DNA of 63,041 nt from Paracoccus sp. (in: a-proteobacteria). GTDB lineage: Bacteria > Pseudomonadota > Alphaproteobacteria > Rhodobacterales > Rhodobacteraceae. Every line of letters begins with the position of its first letter. The stretch's first letter is position 1. The DNA is taken from contig JAUNUO010000002.1 of assembly GCA_030538135.1 (NCBI GenBank), positions 1 to 63,041 of the forward strand, written 5' to 3'. Below, piece after piece: positions 30,081-41,375 of this stretch. Below the pieces are notes generated by a model, which saw nothing but the letters and a program-made list of their open reading frames with translations, was not told the origin of the DNA and did not search any database. The position numbers and the translations under genes were made by a program.

Positions 30081-31219
30081 ACCTTATTTTTAAAATCGAA
30101 CAGCGCATCCAGAATGCGGGGGACGGCCTGCCCGTCGCCATAGGGATTATGGGCAAAGCTCATCTCGTCATAGGCGGCGGGATCAATCAGCAGGCGCGTG
30201 GCCTCGCCTACGATCGTGGCGGTTTCGGTTCCGACCAAGCGGACAGTGCCAGCATCGACCGCCTCGGGGCGTTCGGTCGTGTCGCGCATAACTAGAACCG
30301 GCTTGCCAAGCGAAGGCGCCTCTTCCTGAATGCCCCCGGAATCGGTGATGATCAGATGCGAGCGGTTCATCAGTCCGATAAAGGGTAGGTAATCTAGGGG
30401 CTCGATCAGGTGGACGTTCGGCGCATTGCCCAGAAGTCGCTGCACGGGTTCGCGGACATTGGGATTAAGGTGCATTGGATAGACGATGTTTACATCCGGA
30501 AACCGGTCGGCAAGCTGGCGCAGTGCCCGACAGATCCGCTCGAACCCGCTGCCAAAGCTTTCGCGGCGATGACCGGTGACCAGTATGATGCGTTTTTTCG
30601 GATCAAGAAACTCAAAACGTTGCGCCAAATCGCTTTCCAGCGCTGGATCGGCTTTGATCCGGTCGACCACCTGCAACAGCGCATCGATAATCGTGTTGCC
30701 AGTGACGATAATGCGATCATCGGCGATATTCTCGCGCAGAAGACTGGCACGTGAATTGTCAGTCGGCGCGAAATGCAGGGCGGCGAGTGCGCCGGTCACA
30801 CGGCGGTTGCCCTCCTCCGGCCAAGGGGAGTAGAGATTTCCGGTTCGCAATCCGGCCTCGATATGGCCGACGGGTATGCGGGCGTAATAGGCCGCAAGTG
30901 TGGCTGACAGCGTAGTAGCGGTGTCACCATGAACCAGAACGATATCCGGCCGCGCTTCAGCCAGAACCTCGCGTTGTCCCAGAAGAATGTCAGAGGTGAC
31001 GCCGTAAAGATCCTGCCCCGGCCGCATGACGTTCAGGTCGTAATCCGGCTGGATCCCGAATAGGTCCATGACCTGATCTAGCATTTCGCGGTGCTGAGCA
31101 GTGATGCATACTTGACTTTCAAACCGTGGATCAGCGGCAAGCCCGGTGACAAGCGGTGCCATCTTGATGGCTTCGGGCCGGGTCCCGAAAACTGTAAGAA
31201 CACGCAAATTCGATTCCAT
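30077..31219 (-). CDS. wecB: UDP-N-acetylglucosamine 2-epimerase (non-hydrolysing)
   Basis: [47 protein letters not shown]. Confidence 0.96.
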   Translation of the reverse strand: MESNLRVLTVFGTRPEAIKMAPLVTGLAADPRFESQVCITAQHREMLDQVMDLFGIQPDYDLNVMRPGQDLYGVTSDILLGQREVLAEARPDIVLVHGDTATTLSATLAAYYARIPVGHIEAGLRTGNLYSPWPEEGNRRVTGALAALHFAPTDNSRASLLRENIADDRIIVTGNTIIDALLQVVDRIKADPALESDLAQRFEFLDPKKRIILVTGHRRESFGSGFERICRALRQLADRFPDVNIVYPMHLNPNVREPVQRLLGNAPNVHLIEPLDYLPFIGLMNRSHLIITDSGGIQEEAPSLGKPVLVMRDTTERPEAVDAGTVRLVGTETATIVGEATRLLIDPAAYDEMSFAHNPYGDGQAVPRILDALFDFKNKV

Positions 31220-31312
31220 TCTTAGGTCAGGCAGTCCCTGCCTTCTAAAAGTAAAAAAACATTAATTCCACCTACAATGAGCTAGTGTTCTGAGTCTGAC
31301 GCTTGCTACCGG

Positions 31313-31945
31313 TGCTGTGACCCCCAATGCTCATCCAGCTGAGGCCAGAGTCGGCGGTTGAATTTGGCGCGGTTGCGCCGAGGGAGCAATGGGCGATCTG
31401 CGCAGCGTTTCAGATGCGCGAAGCTGATCGCCCATTGCGGTGAGTTAGGCGGCAAAGACCGCCGGGGTCTGGTATCCGAGTGCGGAATGGGGCCGCTCGG
31501 TATTGTAGATGTGCGTCCAGCGGGCCACGGCCTCGCGGGCGTGGTCGATGCCGAAGAACAGTTTCTCGTTCAGCAACTCGTCGCGCATCCGCCCGTTGAA
31601 CGCCTCGCAGTTCCCGTTCTGCATGGGCTTGCCGGGGGCGATATAGTGCCACTTCACCGTCATCTTCTCCGCCCATTCCAGGATCGCGTTCGAGGTGAAC
31701 TCGGTGCCATTGTCGCTGACGATCACGCCAGGCTTTCCACGCCGTTCGATCAGGGCTGTGAGTTCCCAGGCAACCCGTCGGCCTGAAATCGAGGTGTCGC
31801 CCACCGCTGCCAGGCTCTCCTTGGTGACATCGTGGATCACGTTGAGAATGCGGAAGCGCCGGCCGTCAGCGAACTGATCCTGGACGAAATCGACGGACCA
31901 GCGGGCGTTTGCCATAGCTTCGGTCACCAGCGGCGCCCGTGAGAG
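31313..31945 (-). mobile_element. IS3-family orfB 3' remnant with right IR
   Basis: [45 protein letters not shown]. Confidence 0.85.
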
Positions 31946-32144
31946 CGCGGGATAGTGTCCACTATCGATGGTGGACACTATGGTGATGGGTTTCGGTCCT
32001 TCACGAACTTGGCGAAGGCATCATAGAAGCTGGCTCGCGAAACCGCTGCGTCAACCTTCGTCAATTTCGAGTCCGCCTTCCGTTTGGTAGCTTTAGACTA
32101 CGGGCAAGCGATGCCCGGTTCACCGTGATTATGGAGACATCGTA

Positions 32145-32606
32145 ATGAAAACTCACGCAGTTGCCCTTGCGGCCCTCTACGTCAGCATGTCCATCAGCCC
32201 CTCTCACGCAGCCCTCACTCCCCACTATACGCCGGACCAGATGGAAGTCTGCACCCCCAAGCTGCTCCACGGTGCCAGTGGCGATGCGAAGAAGAGTCAC
32301 CGCGGCGAGTCGGTGACAGCCAAGGCGTCGGTGACGCTCACAGCGGAACCCGGCCGAATGCTTGACGCCCGCGAGGGGCAAATCGTCTACACCCAAAGCG
32401 GCAAGCATCTGAACCGCCCCGGTGTGCCGGTGGTCACCGAGCGGATTTCGAACCTCTTTCCGGTCGCGATCACGCTCACCAGCCAAGCTCATCGCGGGCA
32501 GAGCCTGAGCTTCGGCCGGAACGCCACCGCATACAACGCAATGGCCGTTTATCAGGTCAACCTTACAGCCGAATGCATCGCCGCACTCGGGTTGCTTAAA
32601 CAGTAA
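32145..32606 (+). CDS. Hypothetical exported protein
   Basis: GGAG RBS, signal peptide MKTHAVALAALYVSMSISPSHA, two Cys near the termini. Confidence 0.6.
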   Translation: MKTHAVALAALYVSMSISPSHAALTPHYTPDQMEVCTPKLLHGASGDAKKSHRGESVTAKASVTLTAEPGRMLDAREGQIVYTQSGKHLNRPGVPVVTERISNLFPVAITLTSQAHRGQSLSFGRNATAYNAMAVYQVNLTAECIAALGLLKQ

Positions 32607-33002
32607 AAATGCGCGGGCGTGCCATCCGATCGGCGCGCCCGCCCTTGCTTCCTTGACGCCATCGCGGCGATCACCATCCTCGGGCGGCCGCTGCTGCTGC
32701 TGCTGACGGCGGCGTGTCGCGCGATCCCTCCTTTGTGATAGCGGCGGGGTTTTGATACCTCACCCCGCGTCGATCCCCTGGCCCGACAGATAAAACAAGG
32801 CAGCCCGCGCTTTCGCGCGGGCTTCATCTGTCACTTTGCCACCGTTGATCACGGTTGTGCCAGTTGCGCCCCTGAAACCTCGGGCAGTTACCCACAGCGG
32901 CTCGCTCGCCCCAGCGTTTTGGGGCGCGGTCGGCTCGCCGCTGCCAGGCCGCAAGCGGCCTTTGGATAACTGCCCGAGAGGTCGCATCAGCGGTCGTTCC
33001 AC

Positions 33003-33878
33003 ATGAAGCGGGATGCCCGCCCGCCGTTCCGGTCTTTGCGCGATCTGGTTGTGAAGGAGCTCCAGACGAAGAATTCCTTGCTGATCTGGAATGATGATCC
33101 GAGTTTCGCTATGGAAAAGCTGAACGCGATCCTTGATAGCGAAGCCTACATTCTGGATCGTTATGCTAGGGATTACCTTCATGATCTGGCCTCTGGCCTC
33201 AGCATTGAGGACTATTATCGCTCGATCGCCAACACCCGCATGCCGTTCGAGTTGGTCTGCGTAGAGGCGATCCTGGACTTTCCCGAGGATGGTGGCGAAA
33301 CGTCGGTTGGCGCACTGGTGACGGATGAGGCTGACGGCATCAGGGTTTTCTCGATGATGGCGATCCACAGCTTCAAGCCATGGGCGCCGCTTTACAGCGG
33401 CGCCGAGGTCATCTTTCACCCGGGCGGACAGGTATCCTGCGAGAAAACCCCGATTGCCGGTTTCAACAACCGCATGGGCGATGCGGGCGGCCTGACGGCG
33501 ACGGACATGCTGAACGACGATATAGACAAGTCGCTGCGGATCGGCGGCCTGTTCGCCATTCTGTGCGCGGCGCTCGCGCGTCCGAAGATCCTCGACCGTG
33601 AGGGCACTCGCGCGCTCCCGAAAAGCGAGGCCAGGGCGCATGTCGCCGCCGGCCGCAGGCCACCGCGTTTTGCACCCTCGGTGATCCGGCTGTCACGCGC
33701 TGGTCGGGCCGAGAGGGACGCACATAGCGGGGCAGGCGGGGCCGCGTCAGCGGCCCGCGCTGCTTATTGGGTGCGGGGTCATCTTTTTCTTGCGCGCAAT
33801 GGCCGGCTGACCTGGCGACGCGCGCATGTCCGGGGCGGCGGTGATCCAACGGAGCGGGTCAATTACGTGACGGAATAG
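33003..33878 (+). CDS. Hypothetical protein with basic C-terminal YWVRGH..WRRAHVRG motif
   Basis: 291-aa ORF with coding-like composition. Confidence 0.6.
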   Translation: MKRDARPPFRSLRDLVVKELQTKNSLLIWNDDPSFAMEKLNAILDSEAYILDRYARDYLHDLASGLSIEDYYRSIANTRMPFELVCVEAILDFPEDGGETSVGALVTDEADGIRVFSMMAIHSFKPWAPLYSGAEVIFHPGGQVSCEKTPIAGFNNRMGDAGGLTATDMLNDDIDKSLRIGGLFAILCAALARPKILDREGTRALPKSEARAHVAAGRRPPRFAPSVIRLSRAGRAERDAHSGAGGAASAARAAYWVRGHLFLARNGRLTWRRAHVRGGGDPTERVNYVTE

Positions 33879-33892
33879 GCGGTGCTATCGGG

Positions 33893-34042
33893 TCAGGACC
33901 GCACATAGGCGACGGCTGCGACAGAAGCACCAAGGCCCGTAGCGATGCTGCCCATGAAATCGACGGCGGCAATATCGCGCAGGACGGGCATGAAGGCATA
34001 GGCGGCCACGCCGGCGATGCCGGGACGAAGGATCGGGCGCAT
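33893..34042 (-). CDS. Small hydrophobic protein (49 aa)
   Basis: AAGGAGG RBS; MRPILRPGIAGVAAYAF.. Confidence 0.3.
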   Translation of the reverse strand: MRPILRPGIAGVAAYAFMPVLRDIAAVDFMGSIATGLGASVAAVAYVRS

Positions 34043-34107
34043 GTCATCCTCCTTGCGGTGGTATATAACATGATATACATATAAGGGATACCACAAGGGA
34101 TTGACCA

Positions 34108-34353
34108 ATGGCAATGCTGATCAAGGGCGATGAGATTGACAGGCTTGTCGCCAGATACTGCGCCATGACCGGCGAAACGAACAAGTCCGCAGCCGTGCGC
34201 AACGCGCTGGCGGCACAGATCGACGCCCTTTCCGGCAAGGAACGGCTGGTGGATCGCGTAGCCAAGATCCAGCGCCGCGCGGCCGGGGCGGGCTTTGTCA
34301 GCACCGGCGAAGATCTGAAGCCGTTCTTTGACGAGCAATGGGGCGAGGGCTGA
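34108..34353 (+). CDS. vapB: VapB-type antitoxin (Rv0623-like)
   Basis: MLIKGDEIDRL..TGETNKSAAVRNAL..FFDEQW; TGATG overlap with the toxin. Confidence 0.85.
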   Translation: MAMLIKGDEIDRLVARYCAMTGETNKSAAVRNALAAQIDALSGKERLVDRVAKIQRRAAGAGFVSTGEDLKPFFDEQWGEG

Positions 34354-34778
34354 TGTTTCTCGACGCGAGTGCTGTGGTTGCGGTGCTGCTGGACGAGCCA
34401 GATGCCGCGGGGTTGCTGAAGGCGATGGAAACCGCGCACGGAAAGCTGCGTTATTCGCCGGTGGTGCGGGTGGAATCCACGCTTGGGCTGGTCAAGGTCC
34501 GCGTGCAGGCGCGGGGCAAAGGCCCGGCGACAGCCGAGGACTTTGCCGCTGCGGTCGAACTGGTGGACAGTTTTCTGGAAGCGGTTGAGGCGCATGAAAT
34601 GCATATCAACGCGGGGATGGGGAAGGAAGCGATCCGGGCCTTGTCGGTTTACGGAAAGGTTGTCTGCCATCCGGCGCAACTGAATTTCGGGGATGCGCTG
34701 TCTTATGCCTGTGCCAAGGCGTATCGTGTTCCGCTGCTCTACAAGGGCAATGATTTCAGGGAAACGGATCTCGGTTGA
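34353..34778 (+). CDS. vapC: VapC PIN toxin
   Basis: FLDASAVVA, HPAQLNFGDALSYA, LLYKGNDF. Confidence 0.92.
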   Translation: MFLDASAVVAVLLDEPDAAGLLKAMETAHGKLRYSPVVRVESTLGLVKVRVQARGKGPATAEDFAAAVELVDSFLEAVEAHEMHINAGMGKEAIRALSVYGKVVCHPAQLNFGDALSYACAKAYRVPLLYKGNDFRETDLG

Positions 34779-34879
34779 CCGCGACGGGCGAGGTGAACGC
34801 AGAAAAGCGGCCCCCGGGATGCGATGAAGGGCAACGAAGTGATGTTTCGTAACATAGCACCCGAAATGAGCACAGACTG

Positions 34880-35150
34880 CTGATACCGCGGCTGGATGCA
34901 CGCCGACGGCTGTTCCGGGCTCAACGACCTCTATCGCTCAGACACCATCTGCGAGGTCGCCTGCATGGCCCACGTCCGACGCAAGTTCGTAGGCATCTTC
35001 CGGTCGCAGGCCTCCCCGATCGCGGAAGAGGCCATCGCCCGGATCGCCCAACTCTATGGCGTGGAGAAACAGGCCAGAAGGTCACCGCCAGATGTTCGGG
35101 TTGAGCTTCGAAAGGCACATGCGGCCCCGGTCTTCGACGACCTGGAGGTC
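34880..35150 (+). mobile_element. IS66 transposase (TnpC) internal fragment
   Basis: GWMHADG, EVACMAHVRRKF, AIARIAQLYGVE. Confidence 0.8.
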
Positions 35151-35165
35151 TAACTATCCCGCCTT

Positions 35166-35829
35166 TCAGAATGGAGTCGTATCGGGCGCCATGAGTGCCG
35201 CAAGGAAGCTTAGGCGTAGGCCTTCCGCATCCAACCCTGGGCCAAGCAGCACCGCGACACCGCGTTCGGACCGACCATGCGGTTCGATCCACAGGTCACC
35301 GGACGCCAACTGGAACAGCTGGGTGCGGTCATCACCTCCAAAGGTCACAAAGCCCTTTGCCCGGTGGAGCGACGGCGGCGCGGCGGCAAAGAAGGCCTCA
35401 AAGGCCGTCCGGTCGATTCCCGGCGGCAGATCGATCACGACCGCGCCGAAGCGTTCGAAATGCGACGCGCGGGGCGTAGGCATCGCCGCGTGGCGATGAG
35501 GCCCCACAAGCATCTGGACGGCGATCTCGGGCCACACCCTCGCCCGCGGATTGATTGCCGTCACGACGCTACGCGACTGTTCGGCGCGTCTGGGATCGGC
35601 GGTGTCCTGTCGGCTGAACACAATGGCATCCGCACCGGCGACCTGCGATTCGACGATCCGGCAGGTGGCGGGATCCGCCAGCCGGTCGGAAAAGCTCTGC
35701 GCACAGACGGTGGTGACGACGCGCTGACAGTCCAAATCGGGTTCGGCTCGGGCAAGGCTGGTCAGCCGCTGCGGTTCGGCGACGCCGCAGGCCTCGATCA
35801 CCAGCCGGTCGATCTGGTCGCGCAGCGCG
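35166..35829 (-). pseudogene. CobW/COG0523 metallochaperone lacking its N-terminus
   Basis: LVIEACGVAEP, SQVAGAD, INPRA, LHRAKGFV; no Walker A. Confidence 0.75.
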
Positions 35830-36365
35830 AATATCCGCATGAATTGTCGGGCGGTATGCGTCAACGCGTGATGATCGCGATGGCACTGTCGTGCGAACCA
35901 AAACTGCTGATCGCGGACGAACCGACCACGGCGCTGGATGTCACTGTTCAGGCGCAGATTTTCGCGCTGCTGCGGGATCTGCGCGACAGGACCGGAACGG
36001 CGGTCATCATGATCACCCACGACATGGGCGCGATCGCCGAAATGGCCGACGATTTCGCCGTTATGTATGCCGGTCGGGTGATCGAAAAGGGGTCGGCAGA
36101 CGACATTCTCGACAACCCCTCGCATCCCTATACGCAGGGCCTGCTGAACTCGATCCCACGGATCGACCAGGGCCACGATCAGGATCTACCGGAAATTCCA
36201 GGCGTCGTGCCGCCGCTGACTGAACTGGGCCGGGGCTGCGCCTTCGCCGATCGCTGCCCACATGTATTCGCGACCTGCCGCGAAATCGAGCCGCGGCATG
36301 TCACGGTTTCGGCAGAGCATTCGGCGGCCTGTCATCTTCTGGCATCGGAAAGGGTCGTGTCATGA
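35829..36365 (+). pseudogene. DppD/OppD ABC ATPase, C-terminal half only
   Basis: YPHELSGGMRQRV, IADEPTTALDV, HPYT, GCAFADRC; Walker A absent. Confidence 0.85.
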
Positions 36366-37318
36366 CCGGCAATGAAACCCTGCTGTCCATCAAGGACCTA
36401 CGCGTTCATTTCCCGGTCAGCGGTGGCCGGACCGTGCATGCCGTTGACGGGGTGTCGCTGGATGTCCGCCGCGGGCGCACCTTCGGCGTCGTGGGCGAAT
36501 CCGGTTCGGGCAAGACCACGCTCGCGTTGGCGGTGATGCGCCTTGTTCCGATCACCTCTGGAACCATCACTCTGGGAGATCAGGAGCTTGGCGGGCTAGA
36601 AGGCGCCGATCTGCGTCAGGCGCGCCGGCGTTTCCAGATGGTGTTCCAAGACCCGTTTTCGTCCCTGAACCCGCGTGACAGGGTGGGCGCGCTGGTCCGC
36701 CAGCCGATGGATCTTCTGGATGTCGGCGACGGCGCGGCGCGGGGCGCTCGCGTCATCGAACTGATGACCCAGGTCGGCCTGCGCCCGGAAGCCGCCAATC
36801 TTTATCCGCATCAGTTTTCCGGCGGCCAGCGTCAGCGGATCGGTGTGGCGCGGGCGCTGGCTACCAATCCCGATCTGGTCGTGTTCGACGAGCCGGTCTC
36901 GGCCCTGGACGTGGCAGTTCAGGCGCAGGTCCTGAACCTGATCCGCCGGTTGCAGCGGGAAAGCGGGCTGACCTATCTGTTCATCTCGCATGATCTGGGC
37001 GTGGTGCGGCATGTCTGTGACGATGTCGGCGTGATGTATCTGGGGCAAATCGCCGAGTTGGCACCCACCGATGCGCTGTATGGTGAGCCGCTGCATCCCT
37101 ATACTCAAGCGCTGATGGCGGCGGCGCCGTCGCTCTCGCATCGCCGCGTTTCGCGCCCGGCCCCGATCCAGGGCGATCCGCCCAGTCCGATCAACCTGCC
37201 GAAGGGCTGCCGCTTTGCCGCTCGTTGTCCGATGGCCTAGGCAATCTGCAGGGAACAGCCCCCCGCTCTGCGCCAACTCCGGAAAGGTCATTTCGTCGCC
37301 TGTCATCTTGCCAGCTGA
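36362..37318 (+). pseudogene. DppF/OppF ABC ATPase with premature TAG at 37238
   Basis: [16 protein letters not shown]; frame continues AICREQPPALRQLRKGHFVACHLAS* after the TAG. Confidence 0.75.
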
Positions 37319-37654
37319 CGCCCAGTTCATCCTCACCCGAGTGCATGTCGATGTTCCGTTCGTGAATCGGCATGCACTCGGATTGATCTCAGACGAAGGC
37401 GGCCCCAAAAAGAAGAGATGTTCAAAACCGCACGCCGCGGTCGACCGCCCTTGCGTAAAACCGCTTGACTGGGACGGCCCCGTTACCGAAGCCCTTACTC
37501 TAGGGGGCATTTTGAAGGACCTGAAAGAGAAGCGCGGGCTCGTCGTTGGGGGGGGGTAGAACCGCCCTACCTTGTCGGGAATCGACTTTCTTCTGACAGC
37601 ACCGACCGACAAGATTGCGCGACGCCTACCTGCTTCCTCACTCGTCTGCAAAAA

Positions 37655-37675
37655 TGTTGACAATATAGTTGACAA
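37655..37675. promoter_or_regulatory. Putative GntR operators upstream of the ABC operon
   Basis: TGTTGACAA..GTTGACAA; related TTGTCTACAA/TTGTAGTCAA at 47510-47531. Confidence 0.5.
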
Positions 37676-37806
37676 CCTAACACATCCTCTTGCACCTTTC
37701 TTACAGGCGCGTCGGATCGGAGGAGCGGACGCGACGTCGTCGAAAAATCTGCCGACCGGCGAACCCGGCGCCAGCCTGCCGCTTCACGTCAAGGGAGGAG
37801 GAATCC

Positions 37807-39372
37807 ATGAAACTGAACAAAGCCCTGCTGACGGGGATCGCACTGACGATCTTGGGCGGCACGGCGGCGCAGGCGGATAACGTCATGCGCTGGGCTGGAG
37901 CCAAGGATATCTATTCGCTGGATCCATATTCCTATGGCGACAGCTATACGATCGCCTTTCTGAATCACGTCTATGAGGGCCTCGTCCGATACGACGAGAA
38001 TCTGGAGATCGAGCCGGCGCTGGCGACGGAATGGGAAATCGTCTCACCATCGCTGTGGCGGTTCAAGCTGCGTGAAGGGGTGACGTTCCACGACGGAGCG
38101 GAATTCACCGCCGACGACGTGCTGGCGTCGCTTGCGCGCGTCAGTCACGAAACTTCGCCGCTCCGGGGCAACCTGCCGGCCTATAAATCGGCGACCAAGA
38201 TCGACGACCACACCATAGAGATCGAGTTGAGCGGCCCCTATCCGCTGTTGCTGAACGACCTGACCAACATCCATATCTTTGACGACAGCTGGATGAAGGC
38301 GAACAATTCGGAACTGCCGACCGACGTCAGCGCGCAGGTAGAGGGCTTTGCCACCTTCAATGCCAACGGCACCGGACCCTTCAAACTGGAAAGCCGGGTG
38401 CCGGACAGCAGCACTGTTCTGCTGAAGAACGCCGAATGGTGGGACGAGCCGCGCCACAACCTCGACCGGATCGAGTTTACGCCCATCACCTCGGCCCCCA
38501 CACGGGTCGCGGCGCTGCTATCGGGTGAAATCGACTTAGTCGACGAGGCCCCTGTGCAAGACCTCGGACGGCTGTCGGCATCGCCCGGCATCCAGGTGTT
38601 GGAGCGAGCGAACCTGCGGACTATCATGGCGGGCTTCAATCGCAAGGAAAAGCTTGCGGATGGTCGCGACAACCCATTCAACGACCTGCGCGTCCGGCAG
38701 GCCTTCGAATTGGCACTGGACAAGGATCTGATCCAGAAGCGGGTCATGCGCGGTAAGTCGCGCAACGCGGGCACCATCATCGCGCCGGAAATCCCGGGCT
38801 ATGACGCGGCGCTGGACCAATTTCCCGCCGCCGATCCCGCCCAAGCCCAGAAGCTGCTGAAAGAGGCCGGGCACGAGGGGTTGCCGTTCGTGCTGACCTG
38901 CACGACGGACGCGTATGTCAATGAAGAGGAAATGTGCAACGCGATGGTGTCGATGCTGACTCGTGCAGGGTTCAAGCCGACGCTGGACATAGGCCCGCAG
39001 GCAGTCCAGACGCCCAAGCGTTCCGGCGGACAGGCCGACGTTTATCTGGTCGGCTGGGCGAACGAACCGATGTTGGACAGCTATTCGATCCTTGTCCAGA
39101 TGGTGGAATCGAAATCTGGCACCGCCGGCGTCTTCAACTGGGGCGGCTGGTCTTATCCCCAGGTTGACGCGCTGATCCGGCAAGCCTCGACCGAGATGGA
39201 CCGCGACAAGCGACTGGCGCTGCAGACAGAGGCGCTGAAGGCGGTCAAGGACGAGTTGATCCTTGTGCCGCTGCACCAGCAGCCAATGGCTTGGGCCATG
39301 TCGGACAAGGTCGAAGATGTCGCCCAGCTTGCAGACAACAAGGTCCGGCACTGGCTGACCAGGATGAAGTGA
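37807..39372 (+). CDS. ABC transporter substrate-binding protein, family 5 (DppA-like)
   Basis: Signal peptide, VYEGLV, PALATEW, FKLREGVTFHDG, NGTGPF; GGAGG RBS. Confidence 0.93.
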   Translation: MKLNKALLTGIALTILGGTAAQADNVMRWAGAKDIYSLDPYSYGDSYTIAFLNHVYEGLVRYDENLEIEPALATEWEIVSPSLWRFKLREGVTFHDGAEFTADDVLASLARVSHETSPLRGNLPAYKSATKIDDHTIEIELSGPYPLLLNDLTNIHIFDDSWMKANNSELPTDVSAQVEGFATFNANGTGPFKLESRVPDSSTVLLKNAEWWDEPRHNLDRIEFTPITSAPTRVAALLSGEIDLVDEAPVQDLGRLSASPGIQVLERANLRTIMAGFNRKEKLADGRDNPFNDLRVRQAFELALDKDLIQKRVMRGKSRNAGTIIAPEIPGYDAALDQFPAADPAQAQKLLKEAGHEGLPFVLTCTTDAYVNEEEMCNAMVSMLTRAGFKPTLDIGPQAVQTPKRSGGQADVYLVGWANEPMLDSYSILVQMVESKSGTAGVFNWGGWSYPQVDALIRQASTEMDRDKRLALQTEALKAVKDELILVPLHQQPMAWAMSDKVEDVAQLADNKVRHWLTRMK

Positions 39373-39420
39373 CACTGCGGCCGGGGCACACGGCCCCGGC
39401 CCCTTGCCAAGGGGCGAACC

Positions 39421-40389
39421 ATGCTGGTTTTCATCATCAAGCGCCTGTTCAACGCCATCTTCGTGATGCTGGCCGTGGCCTTCCTGGCCTTCGCGATCTT
39501 TCGCGTGGCGGGCGATCCGGTCGAGATGATGGCGAACGAGCAGATGACCCAAGCCGATCGCGATGCGTTGCGCGAGCGGATGGGCCTCAACGATCCGATG
39601 CTGGTGCAATACGCTAGGTTTGTGGCCAATGCCGCGACGGGCGATTTCGGCATGTCCTGGCGAAACGGGCAAGAGGTGATCGGCTTGATTGCCGACCGCT
39701 TTCCGGCGACGATGGAACTGGTCCTGATGGCCACGCTTTTGTCGCTGATCGTCGGCTTGCCGCTGGGCGTGTTGACCGCGATCGGCCGCGGACGATGGTT
39801 CGCGGAATCGTTGCAGTTCATATCGATCATCGGAGTTTCGCTGCCCAGTTTCGTGGTCGGCATCATATTGATCCTGATCTTTTCGGTGACGCTGGGCATC
39901 GCACCCGCATTTGGTCGGGGCGAGGTGGTGCGACTTGGCTGGTGGACGACCGGACTGCTGACGTCGTCGGGCCGGGCGGCGCTGATCCTACCCTCGATCG
40001 CGCTGGCGCTTTACCAGATCACCTTGATCATGCGGCTGGTCCGGGCCGAGATGCTCGAGGTGATGCGGTCCGACTTCGTCAAGTTCGCCCGCGCCCGCGG
40101 CGTCCCGCGTCATCGCATCTGGTTCCGCCACGCACTGCGCAACTGCCTGATGCCCGTCGTTACCATGACAGCGATGAATGTTGGCGCACTGATCGCATTC
40201 GCCCTGATTACCGAAACGGTGTTCCAGTGGCCCGGCATGGGCATGCTGTTCATTCAGGCGGTGACCTTTCTCGATTTTCCTGTGATGTCGGCTTATCTGG
40301 TGATCATTTCCTTCATTTTCGTCATGCTGAACACGGCCGTCGATATCGCCTATGCAGTGATCGACCCGCGGCTGCGCGAAGCGAAATAG
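39421..40389 (+). CDS. ABC permease, DppB-like
   Basis: GDFGMS, FARARG..HALRN, ETVFQWPGMG. Confidence 0.93.
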   Translation: MLVFIIKRLFNAIFVMLAVAFLAFAIFRVAGDPVEMMANEQMTQADRDALRERMGLNDPMLVQYARFVANAATGDFGMSWRNGQEVIGLIADRFPATMELVLMATLLSLIVGLPLGVLTAIGRGRWFAESLQFISIIGVSLPSFVVGIILILIFSVTLGIAPAFGRGEVVRLGWWTTGLLTSSGRAALILPSIALALYQITLIMRLVRAEMLEVMRSDFVKFARARGVPRHRIWFRHALRNCLMPVVTMTAMNVGALIAFALITETVFQWPGMGMLFIQAVTFLDFPVMSAYLVIISFIFVMLNTAVDIAYAVIDPRLREAK

Positions 40390-40399
40390 AGGGCCACGC

Positions 40400-41371
40400 A
40401 TGTCATCTGACCCTGAAGTGAACTTGCCAGCCGAAATCATCGTGCGGTCGGATGGACCCGACGGGCCGCTGACCCGTTGGCAGAAAAGCGACCTGTGGCA
40501 TTCCTTTACCAGCAAGCCATCGGCAATGATCGCGGCCGCGCTGTTGCTGGTGATGGCACTGGCGGCGTTCACCGCACCGCTTTACGTACCGCAGAACCCT
40601 TATGATCCGGCGCAGCTTGACCTGTTGAACGCCGAGATCCCGCCGATCTGGGCCGCGGACGGGCAATGGCCGTTTCTGCTGGGCACCGACACGCAGGGGC
40701 GCGACATGGTGTCGGCGATTCTTTACGGGTCGCGCATTTCGATCATCATCGGGGTGGCCTCGGTCGCGCTATCACTGGCAGTCGGGCTGATCTTTGGCCT
40801 GTTCGCGGGCTATTTCGGTGGGCTGACCGACACGATTCTGATGCGGCTTGGAGATATCTTCCTGTCGATCCCGACGATCCTTGTGGCGATCCTAGTCAGC
40901 GCGGTCGCCCGGCAGGCGCTGCCGACCAACCTGCGTGAGGTCGGGGCGGCGGCGGTGCTGGTCTTTGCAATCAGCATGTCGGCTTGGGTGCAATATGCCC
41001 GCACCGTCCGGGCGCAGGCTGCGGTAGAGCGAGGGCGCGAATATGTTCAGGCTGCGCGGCTGCTGAAAGTGCCCGCGCATCGGATCATGTTCCGCCACAT
41101 TCTGCCCAACACGCTGACACCCATCTTCGTCGCTGCCACGCTGAATTTCGGCATGGCGATTCTGACCGAGGCGACGTTGTCCTTTCTTGGTATCGGGATG
41201 CCGCCTAGCCAGCCCAGCCTTGGTACGCTGATCCGGCTGGGCAACGAATTCCTGTTCTCGGGCGCTTGGTGGGTGGTCGTCTTTCCTGTGGTGCAATTGT
41301 CGCTGTTGGTGGTGTCGGTCAATCTTGTGGGCGACTGGCTGCGCGACGCGCTGAACCCGAAGCTGAGGTAA
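40400..41371 (+). CDS. ABC permease, DppC-like
   Basis: LGTDTQGRD, EYVQAA, HILPN, EATLSFLG. Confidence 0.93.
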   Translation: MSSDPEVNLPAEIIVRSDGPDGPLTRWQKSDLWHSFTSKPSAMIAAALLLVMALAAFTAPLYVPQNPYDPAQLDLLNAEIPPIWAADGQWPFLLGTDTQGRDMVSAILYGSRISIIIGVASVALSLAVGLIFGLFAGYFGGLTDTILMRLGDIFLSIPTILVAILVSAVARQALPTNLREVGAAAVLVFAISMSAWVQYARTVRAQAAVERGREYVQAARLLKVPAHRIMFRHILPNTLTPIFVAATLNFGMAILTEATLSFLGIGMPPSQPSLGTLIRLGNEFLFSGAWWVVVFPVVQLSLLVVSVNLVGDWLRDALNPKLR

Positions 41372-41375
41372 AACG

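Noticed and set aside
31954-31979. Palindrome AGTGTCCAC..GTGGACACT as a regulatory site
   Set aside because: Lies in IS debris and resembles the start region of an IS66 accessory gene; no linked target gene
35277-36365. Apparent 362-aa ABC ATPase with a novel N-terminus
   Set aside because: The N-terminal part is antisense cobW read-through across a deletion junction
37238-37240. In-frame TAG as pyrrolysine or programmed readthrough, given the methylamine context
   Set aside because: It lies in a decaying ABC ATPase and no pyl genes are present; a simple nonsense mutation is more likely
37547-37556. Poly-G tract as a phase-variation switch
   Set aside because: Not inside a supported CDS or an evident promoter spacer
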